NCBI GenBank assembly: GCA_029856045.1
Contig: JAHQWG010000016.1
Coordinates: 416,001 to 480,000 of the forward strand
Source of the DNA: Promethearchaeia archaeon
GTDB taxonomy: Archaea; Asgardarchaeota; Lokiarchaeia; Sigyniarchaeales; SOKP01
DNA length: 64,000 bases
Reading direction: 5' to 3'
Position 1 is the first letter of the stretch. Every line of letters starts with the position of its first letter. A program made the position numbers and the translations under genes. This document shows, in pieces, positions 10,307-19,939 of the stretch. The notes beneath the pieces were generated by a model. It was not told the origin of the DNA, made no database searches, and was given only the letters and a program-made list of their open reading frames with translations.

Positions 10307-10392
10307 TTTTATTTGCCATTTCTTTATGACTTCAATATAAAAAACACTATTTTAAATTACCTTAAAAGATAATGTATGATGAAAATATTATT

Positions 10393-11631
10393 CTATTTAT
10401 TTTGACTTAAGATTGTAACGGAACATACAGTGTAGGCGCCACCCAAATTATGGGCTAGCCCAATCTCTGCGTCTGGAACCTGTCTTCCATCTGCTCTTCC
10501 TTGAATTTGTTTGGTTACTTCATAGAGCATACGGCAACCTGTAGAACCAATCGGATGACCAAAACTTTTAAGACCACCAGATGGATTAATCGCAGTTTCT
10601 CCATCCCAGTTAAACGTACCATTCTTCAATTCTTCAGCTGCTTGTCCTCTTTCACAAAATTGAAGATCTTGGCAATTTAATAATTCAGTAATTGTAAAAC
10701 AATCGTGGACTTCAGCGCAATCAATTTCTTTACGAGGATTTGTTATTCCTGCTTCTTTATATGCTAATTCAGCTGCTTTTCTGGTCGCTGGAAATGAAGT
10801 GAAATCGAAGTTCGGCCAATACCAAGGCATTCCTGTATAAACAGCTAATGCATTAGCTTTTACTAAAATATAATCATCTCCATGGGCATAACTCGGTGCA
10901 AGCTCTGGACTCGTTAATATCAATGCTGCTGAACCATCTGAAATAGCACAACAATCGTATCGACCCAAAGGATCTGCAATCATTGGAGCGTTTAAAACAG
11001 TTTCTAATGAAACTGGCCTTCTAAAATGGGCTTTAGGATGATGTGCTCCATTATCATGATTTTTTACTGCAACTCTCGCTAAATCTTCCTTGGTCCATCC
11101 ATAATCTTTAAAACTACGTGTAGCTGCCAGTGAAAATATCGCAGGGGCAGAAGGTCTTGGATAAATTGGATGACCAAATTTTCGAAATCCAGGTAAACCT
11201 CGGGAACCCTCATCCAATATTTTTTCAACACCGCATGCTAAAACTACATCATTAACACCTGAAGCGACAGCATTACATGCATTTCTAAATGCATCCATAC
11301 CTGAAGCACAATAATTTTCTACTCTTGTAATAGGTATTCCCCACAGTTTTAAAGCATCAGCAAAAGTTCCACCTGAAAGTCCAGTAAAATAATAATATAT
11401 TCCCATCCAAACTGCTTCAATCTCATCTCTTTTCACTCCAGCATCTGCCATTGCTTCATCGGTAGATTTAATCAATAAAGAAAATTGATTTTCATCCCAT
11501 AATTCTCCATATTTTGTTGCACCAACACCAATTATTGCAACTTTATCTCTAATACCTTTTATTACCATTTTTTTTTTCATTTTTTTAATAAAATTAAATA
11601 ATAAGACAAATTTTTTTGAAAGAATCACCAA
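10393..11631 (-). CDS. Thiolase (SCP-x/archaeal-type acetyl-CoA acetyltransferase); true start probably MVIKGIRDKV at ~11568
   Basis: VENYCASG, CCAISDG, EVHDCF, NPSGGL..GHP.G.TG and AHNLGG motifs. Confidence 0.92.
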   Translation of the reverse strand: MVILSKKFVLLFNFIKKMKKKMVIKGIRDKVAIIGVGATKYGELWDENQFSLLIKSTDEAMADAGVKRDEIEAVWMGIYYYFTGLSGGTFADALKLWGIPITRVENYCASGMDAFRNACNAVASGVNDVVLACGVEKILDEGSRGLPGFRKFGHPIYPRPSAPAIFSLAATRSFKDYGWTKEDLARVAVKNHDNGAHHPKAHFRRPVSLETVLNAPMIADPLGRYDCCAISDGSAALILTSPELAPSYAHGDDYILVKANALAVYTGMPWYWPNFDFTSFPATRKAAELAYKEAGITNPRKEIDCAEVHDCFTITELLNCQDLQFCERGQAAEELKNGTFNWDGETAINPSGGLKSFGHPIGSTGCRMLYEVTKQIQGRADGRQVPDAEIGLAHNLGGAYTVCSVTILSQNK

Positions 11632-12017
11632 TCCTTGAGATGTTTTGTTAGAAATTTCAAAATGTAGGGTGTTACTTTTGTATTACACATTAACTTATCC
11701 AAATTACCTTGAAATTTAAATTTGCCCATCCTCATCGCAATAGTCGGGTCTATTTCTCCTTTAAATAATCTTCTCCAATTAGTCTCATTTGCCGAAATAT
11801 AACATTCAAAAGGTTTTTCGGATGGTCCACCAATGAACTCCACACTTCTAACTTTTCCGTGCCATAAATCATAATTTTTTTTTAATTTATTACCATCAGA
11901 TAAAAACTCTATTGTAATAGCTCCTTCCCAATCTTTTGCAGTTTTCCTATAACTTTCATTTTCTTTTAGATCTTCCATTATCTTTTTTGCAATTTCTTGG
12001 TTAGGAATTTCCACCAT
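11625..12017 (-). CDS. SCP2 sterol/lipid-binding domain protein
   Basis: DLWHGK, W..L..G.IDP..A...GKFKFQG pattern. Confidence 0.8.
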   Translation of the reverse strand: MVEIPNQEIAKKIMEDLKENESYRKTAKDWEGAITIEFLSDGNKLKKNYDLWHGKVRSVEFIGGPSEKPFECYISANETNWRRLFKGEIDPTIAMRMGKFKFQGNLDKLMCNTKVTPYILKFLTKHLKDW

Positions 12018-12121
12018 AACAGGTGCCGGTTTTATCTCATTTTGAACCTTTTTAATTTAATTATCTTATAGTTGAAATTATTAAAAAAGATTTATTTTAT
12101 AAAAAAATCAATTAATTTTAG

Positions 12122-14179
12122 ATGGAAAAAACAATATTTGAAAACTTCGATGAAATTCAAAAAAAAATCGAAGATTTTGAAAACCAACTTTCTAATAATA
12201 AAAAGAGTGGGAAACTTAAAGGAACTGTTTATACTCCAGAAATAATATGCAGATATATTTGTTTAAAAAGTATTCAATATCATATAAACACTATATTAAG
12301 ACAACAGGAAATCTCTAAATATCTCGATCTTATTAAAGAACCAAATTTTTCATCACTAAAATCATTATTAAAAGCTAATAATAATTTAACAAAAGTATTA
12401 AAAGATTTACTTAAATCAATAAGAATACTCGATCCCGCTTGTGGAACTGGCCGATTTTTAATATCAATGGCTAATATCCTCTTTCAACTATTTAAGATCT
12501 TAAATCCCGCTGAAGACCAATTTAACATAAAAAAATCAATTATTGAACGCAATTTATTTGGCGTAGATTTGGACACACAAGCCATTGAATTATGTCAATT
12601 ACGCCTAATAAACTGGGTTTATAATAGAAAAGCAACCCAAAAACATGATTTATTCAAAAATAATATAATTCTCGGCAATTTTTTGATTGAAGATAAAGTC
12701 GTTGATTTTAAAAAATTCGATATTATATTAGGAAATCCTCCATATATTGAAAATAAAAAAATGAAATCCTCCTTTAATAAGCAAATTCTAAAGCAAAAAT
12801 ATGAATCTGCTTATAAATTATATGATATTTCTATTTTATTTATAGAACAAGCATATCAATTATTGAAAAATAAAGGATATTGCTCTTTCATTATAACAAA
12901 TAAATTTCTTTCAGCTGATTATGGTCTAAAAATTAGAAATCTACTTATAAATCAAACAAAAATTCTTGAAATAGTAGATATTTCTTCATTAAAAATATTT
13001 AAAAATGCCTCAATCTATCCAATAATTATTTCTTTCCTAAAATCAAAAAATTTATTGAATTCTGAACATATAATCTCAATTAAAAATGCTCAAAAATTTG
13101 AAATCATCGAAGATTTTCTATTTAAAAGATTTCTTAGTAAAAAAATTATACAATCCAACATTAATCTAATTCCATCCTTAGTAATTCCGATTGTTGGTGA
13201 TTTTAATATTATAAATTACCTTATATCCAATTTTAAATCACTTGAAGAAATCTATATAAATTCAAAATTCATCTATAGACCATTCACTTTTACGAATTGG
13301 GCAAAATATCTGGACCTTATTGTGAATAAAAGACATAATGAAAAGGACCTTATATTGATCGGGACGAGCAATATTGGAAAATTCCATATTAAATTTAATA
13401 AAGAAATAAAAATTGCCAATAGACGTTTATTTATGTCATTTTTTCCTTATGATAAAACTTTTAATAGATTTTGGAGTGATCTTCAGAAACCTAAATTGAT
13501 TTTTAAAGAAATTGCGAAAGAAATGACAGTATTTTGCGATCTTGGTTATTTTATTAATATAACAGGGGCTTATATGCTTTTGGGAGAAGATCTCTCAGTA
13601 GAAAAGATATTTTCTCTCTCAGTTATTATGAACTCTAAATGTGTAGATTATATTTTTAAATCACTTTTCAGCTCCTTACATATGGCTTCTGGATACCTAC
13701 GCTTTAATGGAAGTTTTTTAAAGAGAATCCCCCTTCCTTCAAACATTCCCCAAATTTTCTCAAAACTAGGAAAATTACTTCACTTTCTACATCAATTAAA
13801 ATATGAAATTACTCAGGATCAACAATGCAACTGTATTCAAGAGGAATCTCTTAATAATATTGTTAAGTTCTTTAAGAAATTAATTGATTGTATGGTCTAT
13901 TATCTATATTTCTCCGAAATTATTCAGAAAGATAATATTTATTGCAATGAGATTTTAAAAATTATGAAAAATGGAAATATCTTTCCTGATATAATGGAAA
14001 TATTTCCTTATCGCAAAATAAAATCAAATAATTTTAGACAATTAATTACATTTAAATCGAAAAATATATTGGACCAGATTGTAAATCTTTATAATTTTTA
14101 CTCAAATTCAAATAAGCTTAATAATGAAATGACTCTAATCCTAAATCATAAGTGGATTAAACTAATTGAAAATGCATGA
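12122..14179 (+). CDS. Gamma-class N6-adenine DNA methyltransferase (TaqI/Eco57I-like) with a C-terminal TRD
   Basis: YTP, LDPACGTGRF, GVDLD and GNPPY motifs; C-terminal TaqI_C-like region. Confidence 0.88.
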   Translation: MEKTIFENFDEIQKKIEDFENQLSNNKKSGKLKGTVYTPEIICRYICLKSIQYHINTILRQQEISKYLDLIKEPNFSSLKSLLKANNNLTKVLKDLLKSIRILDPACGTGRFLISMANILFQLFKILNPAEDQFNIKKSIIERNLFGVDLDTQAIELCQLRLINWVYNRKATQKHDLFKNNIILGNFLIEDKVVDFKKFDIILGNPPYIENKKMKSSFNKQILKQKYESAYKLYDISILFIEQAYQLLKNKGYCSFIITNKFLSADYGLKIRNLLINQTKILEIVDISSLKIFKNASIYPIIISFLKSKNLLNSEHIISIKNAQKFEIIEDFLFKRFLSKKIIQSNINLIPSLVIPIVGDFNIINYLISNFKSLEEIYINSKFIYRPFTFTNWAKYLDLIVNKRHNEKDLILIGTSNIGKFHIKFNKEIKIANRRLFMSFFPYDKTFNRFWSDLQKPKLIFKEIAKEMTVFCDLGYFINITGAYMLLGEDLSVEKIFSLSVIMNSKCVDYIFKSLFSSLHMASGYLRFNGSFLKRIPLPSNIPQIFSKLGKLLHFLHQLKYEITQDQQCNCIQEESLNNIVKFFKKLIDCMVYYLYFSEIIQKDNIYCNEILKIMKNGNIFPDIMEIFPYRKIKSNNFRQLITFKSKNILDQIVNLYNFYSNSNKLNNEMTLILNHKWIKLIENA

Positions 14180-14214
14180 AGATTAAGTTAAAATTTGAAG
14201 AGATTCTTCTATTT

Positions 14215-15153
14215 TTAATAGTTTATAATTAAAACCTCTTTAATTTGCCCCCTACCCGAAGCATCTGAATTTATAGCTCTTTTTGCATGAACTGTTTTTA
14301 AATCATATTTTTTATACAAATCTAAAATAAATTCATTATACGAATTACTTAACATAACTTTACATCCACGATTATCTAACTCTTCATAAACTTTAAACAA
14401 TCTAACTTGATCTTCTTTATTAAAATTCTCTTTGGTATAACTAGTAAAATTAGCAGTGGCCGAAATTGGTTGATATGGAGGGTCAAAATAGATAAAATCA
14501 TCCTTTTCAGCTAATTCTAAACATTCCTTAAAATCTCCATTAATAATCTGAATATCTTTTAATACCGTATTTACTGCTAATAAATTTTCTTTGTCACAAA
14601 ATTTAGGATTTTCATATTTACCAAAAGGAACATTAAACTCTCCTTTACTATTGACTCTATATAACCCATTAAAACAAGATCTATTCAGATAAATCATACG
14701 AGATGCTCTTTCAACATCTGAGAGCTTTTTAAATTCCACAAGGTTTCTGTCAATACTTCGGATTTTATAAAAGTAATCTTTTTCGTTTTTATGTTTTTTT
14801 AAAGAATTAATTAATTCTCCAATTTTATTCTGAATTACTCTATAACAATTTATTAATTCTTCATTATTATCAATTAGGATTGCTTTATTAGGTAATAAGT
14901 AAAAAAACAATGCTCCTCCTCCAATAAATGGTTCTAAATATTTATTAAAATTTTTTGGAAGATATTTATTTATTTGTTCTAATAATTGTTTTTTTCCACC
15001 TGCCCATTTAATAAAAGGGTGTGGGACACCGACGATTTTCTTTACTTTTTTGTTTTTCCTTCTTATAAAATTTCGAAGTGAAACATCATTATCATTATCT
15101 TCCCCTAAATAATTAAAAATGTTTCTTTGAAATTTATTTGCTCTCAATGTCAC
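14215..15153 (-). CDS. dam: Dam/DpnM-like DNA adenine methylase (D12 class)
   Basis: KWAGGK, EPFIGGG, FNGLYRVN..G.FNVPFG and DPPY motifs. Confidence 0.9.
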   Translation of the reverse strand: MTLRANKFQRNIFNYLGEDNDNDVSLRNFIRRKNKKVKKIVGVPHPFIKWAGGKKQLLEQINKYLPKNFNKYLEPFIGGGALFFYLLPNKAILIDNNEELINCYRVIQNKIGELINSLKKHKNEKDYFYKIRSIDRNLVEFKKLSDVERASRMIYLNRSCFNGLYRVNSKGEFNVPFGKYENPKFCDKENLLAVNTVLKDIQIINGDFKECLELAEKDDFIYFDPPYQPISATANFTSYTKENFNKEDQVRLFKVYEELDNRGCKVMLSNSYNEFILDLYKKYDLKTVHAKRAINSDASGRGQIKEVLIINY

Positions 15154-15336
15154 TCTTATCTTTAAACTCTAATCGATAATAAAAACTATGTTTGTTCTCA
15201 TTATTAAATGAATCATCTTGAAAAATTTAAAGTGTTATTATAAAAATATGAAAATATAATTATGTAGAATTTTTAATTGTTTATTGAAAAGAAAAAAAAA
15301 TAAAAAAAAGATTTTTTAATTTTAAATTTCCAAAAT

Positions 15337-15795
15337 CTAATCGTATCTCTTTCTTGTGAATAAAAGCCAGAAGAACCCTACGCCACCTATTATTGTCGCA
15401 GCAATTGTTACCCAATTCGGCCAATATAAAATATCAAAAACACCAGGAACTGTAATCCAACGGATTATAGCAGAAACACCCATTAAGGCCATTATGCTAA
15501 GAACAACCAAAGCCGCGCCAAGAGCCCATTCTTCTTCTGAAAACATCCTTATACCTGCGATAAGGCACCAAAAACCAAGGACAGCCGATATTATCCCTTG
15601 ACCACCTAAAATGGCGAGAGCTGCTTCTGCATCAGGATTTGTTGCCCAATCACTTAACCAAGATGGAACATATATGCCGCCCCATGCCATGAACTCCAGA
15701 ACCGCTTTCAGTACAAAAATGATACCCAAAATGATCATTAATATATTTAGTAATTCATTTGAATCTTTTTCTTTTTCACTCATTTTAATTTCCAC
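15337..15795 (-). CDS. Four-TM membrane protein of unknown function
   Basis: Four hydrophobic helices; downstream A/T tract. Confidence 0.75.
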   Translation of the reverse strand: MEIKMSEKEKDSNELLNILMIILGIIFVLKAVLEFMAWGGIYVPSWLSDWATNPDAEAALAILGGQGIISAVLGFWCLIAGIRMFSEEEWALGAALVVLSIMALMGVSAIIRWITVPGVFDILYWPNWVTIAATIIGGVGFFWLLFTRKRYD

Positions 15796-15990
15796 TTTTA
15801 AATTTTTAATTAAAGAAATTTGTTTGAATACAAAAAAATGAACTTATGATTATAAAGTTATTTATTTTAAATCATAATATGAATTATATTAAATGGAGTA
15901 AATTCATACTTTAAAACATCTCATTTCCAAAAATGTAAATTTACTTGATTAAAAGGAAAGCCTTTATATAGTTAAATCAAACTTTTTAAT

Positions 15991-17268
15991 ATGGTTAGAG
16001 AAATACCAATTATTTTTGAAAGGTTTCCAAAATTAAAGGATAATATTCCTTGGATTGCTATTGGAAATTATCCGACTCCTGTTCAAAAAATGGAAAATTT
16101 AGGAAATAATTTAGGCCATAATTATTTATGGATTAAAAGAGACGATAAAAGTACAGATTTCTATGGAGGAAATAAAATCCGAAAATACGAATTTGTTTAT
16201 GGTAAAATTTTAAAAACAGGAAAAAAAATCGTTGCAACCGCGGGAGGAATAGGTACAAACCATGGATTAGCGGCTGTATTTGTTGGAAATCAATTTGGTT
16301 TAAAAACTCGATTATATTTATTTCCTCAACCATTAACGTGGCATGTTCAGCGATCATTATTATTATATCATCATCTTGGTGCAAAGATTATATTTGTAAA
16401 AGGTGTTTATAGATTAATACTTAGACTGCTTGGAGTAAGATTGTTTAAACGAAACTATTATCTAATGCTTATTGGAGCTTCACCTCTGTTGGGCATTGGT
16501 TCTTCCCTCGGAACATTAGGTTTTGTAAATGCAGTTTTTGAATTAAAAAAACAAATAGATGCTGGAGAGATACCTGTGCCAGATTATATCTTTGTACCAT
16601 GTGGTTCTACGGGGACTGCGGCAGGTTTAATTGCTGGATGTAAAATTGTTGGATTAAAAACAAAAATTAGACCAGTTAGAGTAGCTGATGCAATCGTAAT
16701 AAATACTAAAAATATTGCAAGAACTGCAAATAAGGTTATTAAACTTATGCGTAAATATGATAAATCTATTCCTGATATCGTAATAAATGAAAATGATTTT
16801 GATTTAGAGATAGGTTATTATGGCTCAAATTACGGTGTTAAAACTAAGCGTGGTCAGGCAGCTGTTGATAAAACTTACGAATTAGAAGGAAAACAGAAAG
16901 ATTTCAAAATTGAGACAACTTATACTGGAAAAACATTAGCAAAGATGATTGATTTTGCACAACAACCCGAAAACAAAGAAAAAGTTCTATTATTTTGGAA
17001 CACCTATAACTCAATCTCATTAGATGACCATTTGAAAAAGACAAATTTTGACTATACTCAACTTCCTAAAAAATTTCACAAATTTTATGAAACATCTTTT
17101 CAATGCTGGAGAATAAAAAACTGCTTAGAGCAAAAGAGGAAAAAATGTCCCGCTTACTTATGTGATGAATATCGATGTTGGAAAGTTAAAATATGCTCTG
17201 AACAAGAGAGAAAGAATTGCATAGCTTATAACCAATTAAAGGATATTATAAAGCTTGAAGATGTATAA
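15991..17268 (+). CDS. PLP-dependent D-cysteine desulfhydrase/ACC deaminase family enzyme with a C-terminal Cys-Trp repeat domain
   Basis: PTP, IKRDD, GGNKIRK, TNHG, GSTGT.AG and YTGK motifs; tail of 2x CWxxKxC...CxAY. Confidence 0.85.
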   Translation: MVREIPIIFERFPKLKDNIPWIAIGNYPTPVQKMENLGNNLGHNYLWIKRDDKSTDFYGGNKIRKYEFVYGKILKTGKKIVATAGGIGTNHGLAAVFVGNQFGLKTRLYLFPQPLTWHVQRSLLLYHHLGAKIIFVKGVYRLILRLLGVRLFKRNYYLMLIGASPLLGIGSSLGTLGFVNAVFELKKQIDAGEIPVPDYIFVPCGSTGTAAGLIAGCKIVGLKTKIRPVRVADAIVINTKNIARTANKVIKLMRKYDKSIPDIVINENDFDLEIGYYGSNYGVKTKRGQAAVDKTYELEGKQKDFKIETTYTGKTLAKMIDFAQQPENKEKVLLFWNTYNSISLDDHLKKTNFDYTQLPKKFHKFYETSFQCWRIKNCLEQKRKKCPAYLCDEYRCWKVKICSEQERKNCIAYNQLKDIIKLEDV

Positions 17269-17359
17269 TTTTTCAGATTTCTATTTTATTTAAATTTAAA
17301 ATATGATTATAAAATCTAAAAATAAAATTTATTTCATAGTAAAAAATTAATGATATATT

Positions 17360-17659
17360 ATGGGTAAAAAAAAAAATGTAAAAGAAAAAGAAAAAATTGA
17401 TGACATTCCAGATCAAGATGAAATAAATTTAGAAGACTGGGACGATGATTTAGAAGAGCAAACCTATGAGGATCTGAGTAAAATTGAAGATGAGATGCTG
17501 GCAAATGAAACAGATAAAGAGATATCTGGGCGTTCAGCAAGTGAAATTGAAAAAATGTTGAAAGATACAATTTGCGTAAATTGTTCGGGAAGTAGTTCAA
17601 AGAGAAATTGTAAAATTAGAACTGACTATGGTTGTCCGCCGGATAAAGCCAACAAATAG
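17360..17659 (+). CDS. Small acidic protein with a C-terminal 4-Cys motif
   Basis: D/E-rich body followed by CVNC-x8-C-x7-CPP. Confidence 0.65.
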   Translation: MGKKKNVKEKEKIDDIPDQDEINLEDWDDDLEEQTYEDLSKIEDEMLANETDKEISGRSASEIEKMLKDTICVNCSGSSSKRNCKIRTDYGCPPDKANK

Positions 17660-17778
17660 AAATCTATAATGTTAATTTAAACCAACTTTAAAAAAATTAA
17701 AAAAAGATTCTTCAGAATTTATTTTTTTTTTATAGCTATTATTTATGTTTTTTTTAAGTTAAAATAATTTAAGGAACA

Positions 17779-18777
17779 ATGCTTTCGAAAAATCTTAAAA
17801 GAATAATATTAATTACTGTGGATTTTTTCTTTTCTGCTTTTATCTTTTATATCAATGCATCTTGGAAAAACCCTTTTTATACATGTTTTATATTATCCCT
17901 TATTACTTTTCTATTTGTATTAATTCCATTTGAAGTTTATTGGAGTTTCCGTGATATATGGTTTGATAGATGGAATAATATTAACTTAAAAAATATACAT
18001 GTGGAAAAAATAAGCATTTCTGTTGATGGGGGATCTTTATCTGGTGCAATATATCAATTGAAAATTTCTAATTCAACTCATTTATCTCAAAATAAACCCA
18101 TAATCATAATATCCCAGGGATTTTCAGATTTAAAAGAAGATTTAGAATATTTTTTCCTTCCAATCGTAAATTTTGGTTATCCAGTTCTTGCTTATGACGC
18201 TCGTGGTACTGGTGAATCTAAAAAAGTAGGAAAAAAAGCTGATATTAAGAATAGAATTAATGATTTTTTACATATTGTGAGATGGATTCAAAATAATGAT
18301 AAATTGGGCAATAAAGAGATTTATACAGCAGGATTTAGTATTGGTGCGTTGACCATTTTATGTGGAGGTTTTCCTTTAGAAGAAATTAAAAAAATATTTG
18401 CAGTATCTGCGATTGCTGACTTTAGAGAAAATATTCCTCGTTTTAATCCAATTGTGTGGCTTCGATATTTCTTTAAAGGAATACACCAATTTCCTAGTGA
18501 AGAGACCAATTTAACAATATCTCCTTATCATGTGATTAAAAAATATAAAGATCAAATTTTTTCAGGTTCTGAGGTTGAATGGAAAGAATTTACTAAAAAA
18601 GTGATGTTAGTTCATACAAAAAACGATAGAGTTGTAAAATTTAAGAATTTTATTAAAAACAAGGAAATTCTGTGTTTAAATGATAATAACACATTAGTTT
18701 TTAATAAGGGAGGGCACGTACTAAAAAAAAATGAATTAACACTTGTAACTTTGGCGTTAAATTTCTTTAAAAATTAA
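17779..18777 (+). CDS. Membrane-anchored alpha/beta hydrolase
   Basis: Two N-terminal TM helices, YDARGTGES, nucleophile elbow GFSIG, D in NDRVV and H in GGH. Confidence 0.85.
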   Translation: MLSKNLKRIILITVDFFFSAFIFYINASWKNPFYTCFILSLITFLFVLIPFEVYWSFRDIWFDRWNNINLKNIHVEKISISVDGGSLSGAIYQLKISNSTHLSQNKPIIIISQGFSDLKEDLEYFFLPIVNFGYPVLAYDARGTGESKKVGKKADIKNRINDFLHIVRWIQNNDKLGNKEIYTAGFSIGALTILCGGFPLEEIKKIFAVSAIADFRENIPRFNPIVWLRYFFKGIHQFPSEETNLTISPYHVIKKYKDQIFSGSEVEWKEFTKKVMLVHTKNDRVVKFKNFIKNKEILCLNDNNTLVFNKGGHVLKKNELTLVTLALNFFKN

Positions 18778-19939
18778 ATTTTACTGCCGTTTTCATCGTT
18801 TCTTTTACAATATCTATTATTTTATTAAAATTGTCAATTTTTTTATCAAAATAGACTTGACTACTTTTACATTTTTCAATTTCTTCAAAAAGGTTGAAAA
18901 ATTGTTTATCAAGTTCTAATTCAAATATAAATGTTTTTGGTCTTCGAGTAGAATGTCCCAAACATACAAAACATCCATGATCTTCCGGATGAAGAAATGC
19001 TGGTTGTCTTATATCCCACATGAAATCTTTCAATTGATTTTGAACTTTTTTTGCGATTGATCTGCAAAAATCACCACTCTTGTAATTATAAATGTAAGCA
19101 AAAGGCAATTTGTCTTTATTTTTCTTCCAAGCTTCTCTTAAATTATCTCTTAACTGTTCCCCTTGGTTAATAGTAATATTAAAATGGTGGTGATCTAAAT
19201 CTTTATGGGGTTTCACAAATAACGGTTCTCTTTTAGGTAAATCTTCTCTTTTTACGAGATATTCAACAATCCACATTTTATAATAATGCTCTAATTTATA
19301 GAAAGCATTTAAATTTTTAACCATATCCTCTGTAAATCTTCTTAATAATGATGTTTCATGAAAATCGATTAAATATATCTCGAGATCCCTCTCCCAATAT
19401 TTCTGAATAAAATTTTTAAAGACTAAAGCATTTTCCGGAATAATATATGGGTTATTATCCTCATCTTTCTCCCTAAAATTGGGAATAAAAGTCTTCCTCC
19501 AATATCTATTTAAATTGTCACCATTTCTCAAATAATAACCGGATTTATTATCAGATCGGGGGTTTAAGAAGCCATAAGGGTTCATTAATGGAAATAAAAT
19601 TATCATAGAATTTTTTAGTTCATTGGATATAAGGTCCTTATTTTTGGTAGAGGTTAATTCAAATAGATAAGATATTTGCCCAAAAAGCCCGCAATACTCA
19701 TTATGTTGAGATGCGACCATTATATATAGTTTTCTTAGTTGGTCTAAACTTTTTGGCTGATTAATAGTTAAAACTGGTATCTTACCATCTGATATTTTTA
19801 AATATTCAAGCTCAACAAAATCGGATTTATTAAATAATTCCAATTTATTAAAAATTTCATTTAATAATTTTTCTCTTTCTTGTGGAATTAAAAGTTTGTT
19901 TAATATATCCTTATCTATATAATAATTTGAATTATTCAA
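18767..19939 (-). CDS. M14-family (succinylglutamate desuccinylase/aspartoacylase-like) Zn carboxypeptidase
   Basis: ASQHNE, PLMNPYG, NLNRYW, IDFHET and C-terminal FIFELE motifs. Confidence 0.72.
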   Translation of the reverse strand: MNNSNYYIDKDILNKLLIPQEREKLLNEIFNKLELFNKSDFVELEYLKISDGKIPVLTINQPKSLDQLRKLYIMVASQHNEYCGLFGQISYLFELTSTKNKDLISNELKNSMIILFPLMNPYGFLNPRSDNKSGYYLRNGDNLNRYWRKTFIPNFREKDEDNNPYIIPENALVFKNFIQKYWERDLEIYLIDFHETSLLRRFTEDMVKNLNAFYKLEHYYKMWIVEYLVKREDLPKREPLFVKPHKDLDHHHFNITINQGEQLRDNLREAWKKNKDKLPFAYIYNYKSGDFCRSIAKKVQNQLKDFMWDIRQPAFLHPEDHGCFVCLGHSTRRPKTFIFELELDKQFFNLFEEIEKCKSSQVYFDKKIDNFNKIIDIVKETMKTAVKFNF

